A stretch of DNA of 64,000 nt from Ophelia neglecta. Lineage: Eukaryota. The first letter of the stretch is position 1, and every line of letters begins with the position of its first letter. Positions 52,470 through 64,000 of this stretch are shown in pieces. The position numbers were made by a program, and so were the translations under genes. The DNA is taken from positions 40,920,001 through 40,984,000 of the forward strand of contig OZ260664.1 in assembly GCA_965285935.1 (NCBI GenBank), given 5' to 3'. The notes beneath the pieces are model-generated. The model worked only from the letters and a program-made list of their open reading frames with translations. It did no database searches and was not told the DNA's origin.

Positions 52470-53070
52470 AAAAGGGTTACGGTTCCATTAACCAGATAAA
52501 ACTTCAAGCCCATCATCACCTTAGATCAACTTTCTCTAACCCTACGAACAAGCAAAGGTTCATAATCCTGTTAGGGGAATACCCTAAGCATCATGGGTCC
52601 GCAGTGCTTCATGCAAAAGGTGATGGTGAATCTTAATTGCCACCACCGCAGTTCAACATGCAAACTTGGAGACCACCGTTGTAGTTGGGACGACTCAGAT
52701 CTGATTGTCCTACTGCGCTACTATGTCGATTATTTGGGACACAAACTTTTCTTACACATCAAGGCTAAGTCGAGTACACACAACAGGTGACTCTGGGATA
52801 TGAAGGTCCTAAGGGAAAGTTTGGGAATTCTAGTCTGTTAAACCATGATGTTCATACACGCAATCAGTGGCTGTGATTATACTTTAACTTTGGATGGTAT
52901 TGGAAAAGGCACATCACTCAAGAAACTTCTAACTAGCAAAGTTCTTTGGGAATGTAGTGATGTCCTCAGCGCTAAATCATCTGGAGCAGACCAGGTTGCC
53001 ACAGCAGGAGAGAAAGTCTTGCTTGTGTTATATGGTGGAAAACCAGATGGCAATCTCAGCAATTTTACTG
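52470..53070 (+). mobile_element. Degraded DNA transposon fragment with XPG/H3TH-like motifs (Academ-like)
   Basis: AKGDG, VVVG.DSDLIVLL, FIHAISGCD...GIGK, AGEKVLLVLYGGK across frameshifts. Confidence 0.55.
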
Positions 53071-54669
53071 TTATTGAGAATGAAACTGACGGTGATGGAG
53101 ATGAATGATGAGTGTACTTCATAAAATATGGCTTGCTTATTCGAACTACAGTTTTATTTCCTTATTATCATACGTATCAGCTTGTTGATGTTCTGTGTAT
53201 GCATGACTAGGCTATGATTGGTGATCTCAATATCGAGTTTGTGCTATTCTTGTAGTTGTGAAAATAAGTATAACTTTTCAGGTTCTTTCAAAGAACGGTT
53301 GATATTGAATATCGATACCAACACAAACGAGCATTCATATATTAGATTTCTGAGCATTTTAGTGCAGGATAATATGGAAAACACAAACATGTTCAATTCC
53401 CCAAGTATAAGTTAATAGTACGTGTAACTTATATAAAAAACTGCTGGCCAATAATCCTTATATATATTGACTGTAGATTCCGTATTTAGATGATTGCTAA
53501 TTGCAAATACGTGTATCCCTACTACTGAAAACATGGTCAATCAAGTAAATTAAATCAAATCTCAGTCCAATCAAATACACCAAACATGACGAGTAGTTGA
53601 CATATCAACATATACCAACATATGTTGAATGGCTTAAGCTTCCGACACGGATTGGCGATATTGGGTACCGTCATATTTATTGCCATAAAAACATATTCTG
53701 AGTTTTTATTGCTCGGGACTTCTTTTGGTGATTAGGGTTATGTTGCTGATTCCAAATATACCAAGAAAGCTTCTGTTGCAATTTGTTCCTATTTCGGCCT
53801 TTTTTGGAGCTAAAAGCACTGGACTAATTCGTGGAAAAGATTAACTTAGCATTATCTACATAAATTTGTGTGCATTTTCTAATGAAGCAATCGAGTTTTA
53901 TAAATGTAATTATTGGATAATTAGAAAAAGCAAGAACTGCCCAGTATTTAAAAGCAACGCCGGTGACGGAATAAACGGCCCCTTATGCTCAATGTGTAAT
54001 TATAATGTGTTAATGGCGTACTTTCATTCCAATTTTGAATATGAATAACTTTTTTCGAACCAAGAGCCCTGCCATAAGGATTGAAACTAAGCTAGGCGGT
54101 ATTCGCATATTTCAATTATTTTATCATTGTCACAATAAAAAAGATTGAATGCGAAATGATAAGAAATATTTTCTAAAATTACAATAATACTTTACTAGAC
54201 AAAATGAATGCATAACATTCTACAATGAGGTATTGCCTGTTTATAATAGAACTAAATAATGTCTTACCAGTACCAATTAATACTATCTCGGAATTGTTTT
54301 TAGTTAATACAATGAGGTCATATGGAATGTATCAACAGAAATGGTATAAATACTTCCCAAATCTCACCTTCCTCCTTATCAAATTATTATTTTATTCTAA
54401 AATGTAACGTTACATGCTTGTTTTATACTATTTCCTAAGTAAATAGAGCACACAGTCATGAGTGCAATAGCAACCAGCTTCCTTATTTTAATAATACCCT
54501 GCTGACACTGATTGTCGGATCGTTATTATTGATTCCCGCATGTAATACCCGGCTATTAATCATTGCACAATTGTGTTGATCAGTTCGACCACAGAATATT
54601 ATATATATTGTATTCTATACAAAAGCGGCAGCCATTCATCAGGGAATACATAGCTGAGATATATAAATA

Positions 54670-54825
54670 CAGTCAAATCTGCCTTAAAGACCACCTCTAT
54701 AATCAGACCACCTGTCAATGGAGACCACTAATATGAGGACTGTACTATAAACGTTCAATGTTGAATAACCTGTCTAAACGGACCACCTCCAAAATCAGAC
54801 CAGCAGTTTCCAGTTTCCTGGGTGG
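54670..54825 (+). mobile_element. Truncated copy of the 26119 MITE family, just downstream of the TYMP stop
   Basis: ta-cagtcaaatctgccttaaagaccacctctataatcagaccacctg... matches 26119 onward. Confidence 0.8.
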
Positions 54826-54898
54826 CATATTAGAAATATATTTTTCTAATAAAAGCATGTCACCGCCCACTCTTCAAAAATCATCGCATGGGAATGGT

Positions 54899-55038
54899 CT
54901 ATTTTGTGATTACATCCAGAAACAGTTCAAGGTCCTCTCCGAGGGGGGCAGTGGGCTGTATAAGGAGTGCTGCCTGCAGTCGCTCCTGGGTCCCTGCTAT
55001 CAAATCCGTGTTGTGGTGGATGGTGCACCAAGGGCTAT
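54899..55038 (-). CDS. TYMP: TYMP last coding exon ([10 protein letters not shown]...LDVITK*)
   Basis: cag| acceptor, phase 1, PW..IHH motif, TAG. Confidence 0.85.
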
Positions 55039-58000
55039 CTGCAACGGCACAAACATATCGAAAAATCAAGGTAATAATAAAGTGAAAATGGTTAATTTAA
55101 CTATATTCTATAGAGTCCTACACTAAATAATACCGAATAAACCTGTTATAAAATCAATGCCAGAAATGAACTCCAATGATTACAACACTTCCGGTTCCAC
55201 CAATGATCACGTGTTATCATATACTGACGTACGTTAATATTGCTTTTATTTGGACGTAAATAAATGCACGAATATGTTTATCTGTACATAGATATTGAAA
55301 TATATTTTGAAACATCTAAAGTATGTTCCGTTCTCAGTTTCATTAGGTATGGTTACGGAGAAATAGTCAAGTGTAGCCTTTCGTGTGCGAATGGAGCGAG
55401 AGAAGTGTATAGTCTAAATTAAGGAACGATGCACTTTCGAAGTATGTAAACGTGATGAGATGGGCTTTGGCATATAACTATGAATAGCAAGCCGACCAAT
55501 CGTTTAAGGCATTCAAATACTGGATGGAAGGGGCGTTCTGATTCACTTTTCTAATCCTTCAATCTAACCAAGCAGTATCCGCTGTTGAAAATTGTTTACT
55601 TCATTTAATATTAGTACCCGGCCCTGCATTAGAATATTGGCAGGCCTACATCCATGCATAGGCCCCCGGATTCGAGGCAGGCCTAATATAATTGGCCCTA
55701 CTGTTTTATTACTTCCCAGGTAAGTAACACGTAAAACTCGTATGGCACCCATTGGGAAGAAACTACGTAGCACACACTAAGGCCTAAATAACCTTGACAA
55801 AATGAGAGCGCTCTAAATTTCTTTTCATGCCTAACTTTCACCTCGCATGCGTTTCTTTATTAGTATGAACTGTGTTATAGTGGTTCAAGGGCAAAACGAC
55901 TTGCAAATTGTGATATCTATATATGTATAAGGTTTTTTTTTATAAGTGCGGGGTGTACAGTCTAGTCATCTAGCATATTTTGAAACTTTACGTAAATGCC
56001 AGTAGGGCCTATGCACAAATAAATGAAGGTTTAATTAGTTACGAAATACTTCGTACGTTCTTATATATTCGCTAAAATTGTGAAGAATTGCATCTCCTAA
56101 GCTCTTTATAATAATATTAATAATAATAATATTATTATCGTTTATTATTATTGTTATTATTATTACTATGACAGGGAATTTGCTCGTCACTGATAATCTG
56201 AGCGTTAACTGCTTCACGAATGCAAGAAACATAGCGCTAGCCAATCAGAGCCGAGCTATACGCTAAATAGCGAGGAGAAGGAAACGAGCAGATTTATAAT
56301 TTGTAATGTAAGAGTACAACGTTATGTATTCCTACACAGGAATCAAAGGGCAATTTTTAAATAAACATAGCTTTGATACATTCCCGATGAAGCACATTCG
56401 TACCCGATGCCATTTTAAACGGATAAAAGGACTAGCTAAGAATGGGAAATTAGGAAGATCAGACGAGCGACTTTTAATGGGATGGCGATGGGAAAGGCTT
56501 CACTTTAAATATGTCCCAATTTTCCCCGCTCCTGTCCGTTTCTTATATCAGACAGTCTATGTTCTAAGCGTGGTCGCTTCCACGATGGGAGAGTTACTAG
56601 CTTTGTTCTCACTATAACCCCCGACCCATATAACCCGTATATAATACGGTAGAGGGTCGAACTTTATCTATTGCTGCGTGCTTATGATTTTTAACTCATT
56701 GCCGATTTTCAGTTTCGTGTGAGTAAGTCTTCAATTGATCACTGTAGCCAACTATTACCTTTGAAAAGTTTGTCATTCAAACGAAACCTATGATCACTAC
56801 TAGGGAATCAATTATACGTTGATCATTGATTTCTTCACACGAGGAAAGACTTATATCACTACAGTTAGTTGTATGCTTATAACTGATACATTATCAGTTA
56901 ATGTTGTGGTGGGGTTAAACTTTTCAGGTGGCTAGGTCAACTAGAGTTTATTGTCCATGTGTGCCCGTTCTAATTGCACGCCTTTGATACGACGGTGTGG
57001 ATTTTGTGTGAACATCCTCTTTCTTAATTTCCATACAATTATAAAAGGACATGCCAATTGCTTTTGCAATGTACCAATTTGAAATGTCAGTGATTAGATC
57101 TATAAGAGCGGGTCTTACATTCATACGCCATTAAATACGTGAGTAGGACCTTCATCACGCAGCACGCTACCACCCTTCCACAATGAACATACCGACACAA
57201 GTTTGTAAACAATTTCATTATAATCATACGTTTATATTGTCAGATGTTCTTCAAAATCGCACACACCGGTTATCAAGCAAATTGTCATTGAAATCACATC
57301 CTTGGCTAACAAAGACCGGAACATTAAAAGCCTGCTGTAAAAGTTGTGTTCTTTTAATATTGACCAAGTTGCAAACTAAAGCCTGAACACTAAGCGTCCA
57401 TGAATGTAGCAGTAATGTCCAATACCGGAACGAAGTTTAATTGTGTAAAATATGACGGAATGCGCAAACTCTAGTTATACCTGTGCATTGTGGGTAGACT
57501 GAATGGTGCGCTCCAGGAGGATTTTTCTCTCTTATATTCTATGCCTGCAATTTTATATCTAACGAATCAAGGCGTTAACCTCAGCCATCTCGTGTAACAG
57601 GCCAATCAGCCTCAGTCGTTTAACAGTACCGGAACCGCCCATCGTTCTCCACATAATACATACAATAATGCTCATCCCAGTGGGTTATTGTAAGCTTAAA
57701 ATTCCATTGCGCTAATAGGCCCGTTATCGTTAAAACGAAATGCTTATGGACAAACCCAGCAGAGAATGTATCGGGCAGTACCCATTTAAGGTAAGACGGT
57801 CCAAGATATAAATTTAGGGCTACCCGCACCTGCAATCAACTCATAGTACTCAAATGTAGTTCAACTTCATGTGAATACCATAGACGACGAGTCTAACCTC
57901 AAAACACCCGTAAGAACGGTAAGAACACTTAGGGCAGCACATTATATGAGAAACCATGTTACCAAAGAGCCTTATAGAAACACCAGCAAAAGATGACTTA

Positions 58001-61000
58001 ATCAAATGTATCAATAACTTAACTCGTGATTGAATGACACGAAATGGGACATGGGGAATTCATCTATAGAACGGGGAGCAAGAGCTCGAGCAGATCATTC
58101 TCGTAACATGAAGGTCAGAAAGATACTCTGCCAGAGGTTATCGTCAAGGCAAGGTGTATGTCTCTAGACATTACCAACTGACCTGCTTTGACCAGACAGA
58201 CCCCAGAAAATAACATAGGCCTATATTACCGAGAAGTAGGTTAATTACAACCCAGTGATATATACTTTGTCTAGCGGTAATGACGTGATGGCGCCACAAT
58301 GCCTCATATGAATACCAGTAAAGATGCCTTAGCCAAGGTTACCTGGAGGTCATTCCCATATGTATTACAGAGGAGACGAACAAGGTTTATCCGGACTAGG
58401 ACAAACGACGTGAAAAAGGGCGGCGAGTAGCTCACGATCGACATGCCGAGTTAAGAGGTTGAGCTATGGAAATGTATAAATAATTTAATCACTTAAAGTC
58501 CGACGTTGGCATCATTTCTGCTCTTATCTAGCGAGGTAAGGAGGCCCTCTCGTTTCTTGGGGAACCATACATTCCCCAACACAAAAAGGTCGAGCTGATT
58601 AGACTTATATCAAATCCAAGAACGACTACTTTGATGACAAAATAATCAAGTAGGGACCGTTTATAGACACATTTATTGTATAGATAGTATGATCAAAAAC
58701 TGTATACAAATTATCATTTCAAACTATCGGATATATACTACCCCTGCAAACTAAATCTCATCGTAACACGACCTGCAGTAGGCCTACTTGTTTATACACT
58801 CTAGCCTTGTGCGAGAAATGAACAGTCAGCTGAATATGGCCACGGTGACCTTGATAAGGCCTTTAGCATTGAGAATTCAAGGTCAAAGTTCACCCAGCGC
58901 CCAAATCCGAGGCATATTTTTAAGACTTAAAAAAATTTATGAAACATATTTTTAAGCATATTCTTTTACATTTTGTTTAGTCGACGTCAGTTAGCTTCGA
59001 ATGGAGATTACCAGGCTTATTACCTATTATCACTCATACAGTTTTGTTATACTTGCCTTTGTCTGACGGCTATCGACCCCCGTTTTTGACGATAATCGTA
59101 CGTCATTAATCATCTCCTTACCATTTATTAAAATCTGAAGTGATTTTTGGTCTTACTAACCTCTCTGTATGAAGTCGCCAACAGAGATATGGAACTGAAG
59201 CCCCACGGCCTGGTCTATATCCTGGCCAGCTCTAGCTCTGCCGGCCCCGAGGCTTTGGGATACCAATGCGCATTCCATGGCGTGTATCTCGTGAACATAG
59301 CCTGCAAGTATAAGAAGGAGCATTCTACTAAATCAATGTTAGCCCTGCACACTCATTGTCAAGCAGGAAAGTGCTCATGAGCATAGCCTTACCGTAACTG
59401 GCAAACAAACGGGCAAAAAAAAAAATATTTCAAAAAAACATAAAGTATCTTACCGGGCTTTGGTGCATTTAGCGAGGTACTATACATAGCTTTTGGCATA
59501 AATGACGCAATGTCATTTTCGCTACCGTGACAGAGCTTGTTAGCAACATCCGGTGACACGCCCTGAGCTATCAACATGTCCTTGAACTTGGCAAGAGCGG
59601 TGCCGTCCTGCAGGACCCGTTTTATGATGTCCGCCCCGGCTTGCGGGCTATGAGCCTTTCCCACATTGTATAACGAGTACCCACCTATAACGACAAAAGA
59701 TTGATGATTCCTGGAAATAAGGGATAATTCACACAACCATCTCAATCCGGGGGCCTGCACTTCAGATAAAAAAGGAGAACATCCGATAATTACTATCTTC
59801 GAAAAGAACCCCCTTTTCCACTGATATCTGGTAAAAAATTCACCTTTTTTGGATAATATGGTGTTTCCATCTAAAACAACCACTTTTTATAAAATAAAAC
59901 TGATTATTTCAAAAGTGGCCATTTTAGGTAAGGAAAGGAACTGCTTAATACATCCTTTTAAAGCTGGTGATTCGACCAGAGAAAAACACAATTCATCAGG
60001 ACAACAAACATGAACACCTTCTGACCAAACATACTTGTTGGAATCAGGCTAAAACAAACAGTGTTAACACCCTTTTTTAAATTTCGCGAAGTCTGTTTGA
60101 AAAAAAAAACTTTTTACGGACATGCGTAGTGAAGAAAAAATACCCCCCTTTGAATGTATATCAATTTGCTCAGAAAGTGCTGGCCCCAGGATCTCATCCG
60201 ACCACTGTCAGGGGGCGTGACTATGAACGGGTCGGCATATTTACATAATTACCCGCGGATAATATTTAGTCCGTTCAAAATAACACATTTTCATCGCACT
60301 TACGCTACGTCATAGCCTATCACTGAGCAAATAATAGACACAATACCATTGGCTCCCAAAGGCATACTCATATTTTTCAAGGATGCAATGTGCAGTTTTA
60401 TTGGTAAAAAATAAAATGATACTATCAAAGGCCGAAAGCCGAGGATTATATCACTATCTAAATGTCAATAGATAATACAAAACTGCACCACAAACAAAAC
60501 ACTTTTATTCAATCGCTAAACATGATTAATTCATTCTGAATCTGCTCTATTATTAACTATTTAAATATATATTGTTAGCCAAAACAAGGTGAATGTAGCG
60601 AGCTATTACCTAATACACTGACAATATGATTGAGACTCTCGGGGCCCTTTCCCTTCATACACTCGACAGACTCGATCACCTCGAGGCTGTTCCCGACCGT
60701 CCGTCCTAATGGACTGTCCATCCTGGTCAGGGCGGCCACAGTACTCATCCCCATACCTTCAGCTACGTCAACCTGATAATAAACACATACAGGTGTAACA
60801 GTCTACGAGTCCGCTGGGCGGAAGCCCAAGCTCCATTATCTAACCCTAACCCATCCCAGGAGTTCCCCTTTTTTGAAACACAACTATTATTTTAAGTCCG
60901 GCTGTCTAGAAATCCGAGTATAATTGGGATCAGGTCTCGAAATCCTGTTTATTACGTCATTCGGTCCAAGACTACTTTTAAATTTCGTCCGCGGGGTCTT

Positions 61001-63751
61001 ATTACCTTAGGGTTTTTGAGTCCGGGGTACTAAAACAACCGGGTGACCAAATAATCTTATACTCCTGATGTAAATCAATAGTTTGATGAACAATCCCTAA
61101 TAAATAGTAACAAACACAGCTTTTGGACAGTCAGCCAATAGGCCTATAAACTTTCAGAAAAGAATAGTTCGGATAAACATGACATGATGAAAAAAATTGG
61201 AAGTATTACTTTTATTACTTTAAGAAAAAAGCTAGCCTCACATGATAAATATAAATAAATAATTTAAAAATAAATAAAAATATGCATCAGTTCCTAAAAG
61301 CTCACGCGACATGGTCGCTTCTTCGGAGAAATTTACCAATTACACATATGCAATAAATGACTGTTTTAATGAAAGTAATCGTTCCACGGACCAAGATATG
61401 TATTTCACATCAAAACCTTCTAGTTTATTGTTTCATTATGGATGTAAAGAGTAAAATAAACCAAAGACAGTGGCTGAGTTTAACCAGGCGGTTTGTCATA
61501 TTCATTATAAATGTTGTTCTGTTCAGAAACTTTTTATTTAATTTTTATATTTAAACATTATATTGTCATATTTCACCTTCTGTATGTAAATTTGAGGGAA
61601 ATTGCCCGTTATACTAAACTAGCAGTTTTAATCACAGAGAAGTGTAAACACAACGGTATGCTGCAATCCAAGTCCTGGCCATATATAGGCCTATTTGTAA
61701 GTTAAGTGTAACGCAAGTGACTGAGGCTGTTTTGGTAAAACAGTTTCCAGTAGACACATTTGGCAATTAGCATTGCAGTGTGGGGTAATCCTACAGTAGA
61801 ACGTGTGGGACACCCCGCCCCCGGTGTAGGCCACTTTGAAGCTTTTTGGACCCACCTTTGGGCAGAGGAATGCAAAACGGTTTAGACCCCCCCCCCGCCG
61901 CCCCCACCTTAGCTTGCCGCCCTTTCCACCCAGACGTTAATAACCATCACTCCGTAGGCGGGTTTAGGTCAAATACTCCAGTACCTGATATTCAATTCAT
62001 ACATACGTTATAAACCCAATGGGTTGACCTATATCGTTAAAAGGCAAGTACTGTGCATGATAATTTGTTGATGTCTTGCAAATAATAGGTATATTTTCGA
62101 CCAAGAACAAAGATTGTGCCAAACACGGAACATACATACATGTAGATGTCATTTATAACACATGAAATTTGCATTTAAAACAAGTCATAATCATTTAACT
62201 TTCACAGGACCAGGGATCTAGTAATTAAACTAACCAGGATTCTCCCTATTTCCTTGGCATCTGATTTTGTCTTGAAGATTGCACCTTTGCCGACTTTAAT
62301 ATCCAAGATCAGGGACGCCAAGTTTTCGGCGGCTTTTTTGGAAATAATGGAACCTAAAAGCAAAATAATTTTAAATAAAATAAGCTTGAATTGTATAAAT
62401 GGGCCCGTAGGACCATTTAAAGAAGAAACTAACTCTAGTATAAAGGGCCCACTATTATATAGTCTATAGTGAATTTAATATATATACATGTATATATAAT
62501 TATATAGCTTTACATTCAACTACACGCTATAAGTTACTAGTATAGATTTTCCTTTCTTCAGAGTTCTATGTGAAATTCAGTTTGTCGTACAAATGAATTA
62601 CAAGCCCATATTCAAAGCTTGCTTGTTTGGATTATTTGTTTAAAGCAAATATTACGCGAGATTATTCCGTGTCGCGTTTTTAAAAGCATAGACTCATAAG
62701 GTCTACTCTGCCGAAAATGAACCATTGGAACCCAGTCAATGGTACTTATATACTCAATGACCTCTTAAAGGTAATGAAAGATGTGTCTACCAAGTTTGGT
62801 CTGGTGGGGAGTTGCTTGTGAATATTCACTCTCGAAATAAACCATAACTACAACCTGACAATTTAAAAAATAACAACGTATAACAAACTTAAGGCCTATA
62901 TGAAAAACAATAATCTTCGTCATGATTATCGATTTGGGTTTCGCGAGGGGCGACCAACAGACTTAGCCATAATTAAACAGATTTGAGCGTTGGAACGTGA
63001 CTAATGTGTCTTGTGACTTTTCCTCAATTTCTGTCGACCACGGAATAATTTTGTTTAAATTTTAAAGATATGGAATTCCCGAGACAGCTCTTATATGGTT
63101 TCATATCTTGTGGGCAGAAACCGATTTGTAGATTGAAACGGAGTTCATTCAGTTACACTTGAGATGAAATATGGCGGTCCCCAGGGTTCTATATTCAGGA
63201 CGCTGCTGTCTTTTTTTATACAAAAATGACATGGCTACCGTGTCAGATTCTTCGTTTCATTTGCTTTTCGCTGACGACTTTAGACAGGCCTTATGCATTT
63301 ATCATCGGGGGGGGGGGGGGGGGGGGGGATTAAGGACCGCAGGGGGAGGGGCTAGTATTCTGTTGGCATGGATGGGTATTGGCTACAAGAAAACTGAAGG
63401 TCAAAATTTGGGGGAACGGGGTGAAGGTAGTTTCTAATTTACTGGATGCTCAGTTATTCCTCCTTCCCCATCCTCCCCCCCCATTAAGAGGATTTTGATG
63501 ATAAGTTAGTTCACAATCTTACCGACGATTAGTGGATTACACTCAACGGTAGCTGTGACATCCCTATGGGTGTACATAATAGCATCAGCCGGGACTAGTG
63601 CTTCCGTCTGTCCCACGATGCAACAGCCCACAGATTGGATGATATTGCGCATTTCATATGAGCTTTGTTTGACCGTGAATCCAGGTATAGATTCTAACTT
63701 GTCCAGAGTGCCTCCTGTGAAGCCGAGAGCCCTTCCAGAGATCATCGGCAC
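54899..63751 (-). CDS. TYMP: Thymidine phosphorylase, 3' six coding exons (5' part lies beyond the window)
   Basis: [21 protein letters not shown] signature, [33 protein letters not shown]; exons splice in frame to TAG at 54901-54899. Confidence 0.95.
59161..59301 (-). CDS. TYMP: TYMP exon (GYVHEIHA...[17 protein letters not shown]...)
   Basis: cag| ... |gttagt, phase 1-1. Confidence 0.93.
59454..59684 (-). CDS. TYMP: TYMP exon (GGYSL...[16 protein letters not shown]...APKP)
   Basis: tag| ... |gtaaga, phase 1-1. Confidence 0.93.
60610..60772 (-). CDS. TYMP: TYMP exon (VDVAEGMG...[13 protein letters not shown]...SVL)
   Basis: cag| ... |gtaata, phase 0-1. Confidence 0.95.
62235..62353 (-). 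CDS. TYMP: TYMP exon ([10 protein letters not shown]...EIGRIL)
   Basis: tag| ... |gttagt, phase 1-0. Confidence 0.95.
63040..63280 (+). mobile_element. Short LINE RT relic in a TYMP intron
   Basis: Degenerate SVDHGI, YGI, GGPQGSI, LLFADD. Confidence 0.6.
63523..63751 (-). CDS. TYMP: TYMP exon ([20 protein letters not shown]...NPLIV)
   Basis: aag| ... |gtaaga, phase 0-1. Confidence 0.95.
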
Positions 63752-64000
63752 CTTCAAAACACCATAAACAGTTTCATATGTTAGTTTTAAGCATTATCAA
63801 TGCATGATTAATACATAGGGTGGCAGCCTATACAATCAACTACAATTGACTGTATATAATGCTATAAGGGACGCGCCGTTAAAAATCTGTTTGTGCAGGG
63901 GGGCGGGAAAGGTTAGAACATTACTTTGGAACAAAGTTTTTATCTTCACATTTTATGGTTAGCATGCTACTCTTTTCCAAGTTTATTGTACTTTTTTCAA

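Noticed and set aside
40140-54898. Functional linkage between TYMP and the guanylyl cyclase
   Set aside because: Only same-strand adjacency across about 15 kb of TE-rich DNA; no evidence of co-regulation or fusion

Overview
Eukaryotic (metazoan, probably lophotrochozoan/marine invertebrate; inference from the MetaSINE-like and Helentron-like repeats) genomic DNA, AT-rich, with one 100-N assembly gap (8897-8996). Two spliced minus-strand genes were reconstructed by hand from GT-AG boundaries with consistent phases. (1) A complete 25-coding-exon receptor guanylyl cyclase, natriuretic-peptide-receptor-like, about 1052 aa, ATG 40139 to stop 2322. (2) The 3' six coding exons of thymidine phosphorylase (63751 to stop 54899). 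Introns and the intergenic region are packed with transposon relics: two inverted copies of a Helentron-type non-autonomous element, a Tc1/pogo-type MITE family, an I/Nimb-like LINE with a 14-bp TSD, a tRNA-derived MetaSINE-like element, L2/CR1-like fragments, an Academ-like fragment and several tandem arrays, including a 1.45-kb 31-bp GC-rich minisatellite. No clearly new multi-gene system is evident. The most interesting signals are inverted TE pairs bracketing cyclase exons (circRNA/editing potential), a roughly 20-fold excess of the palindrome TAGGCCTA, and a G-to-Q change in the cyclase DIVGFT motif.
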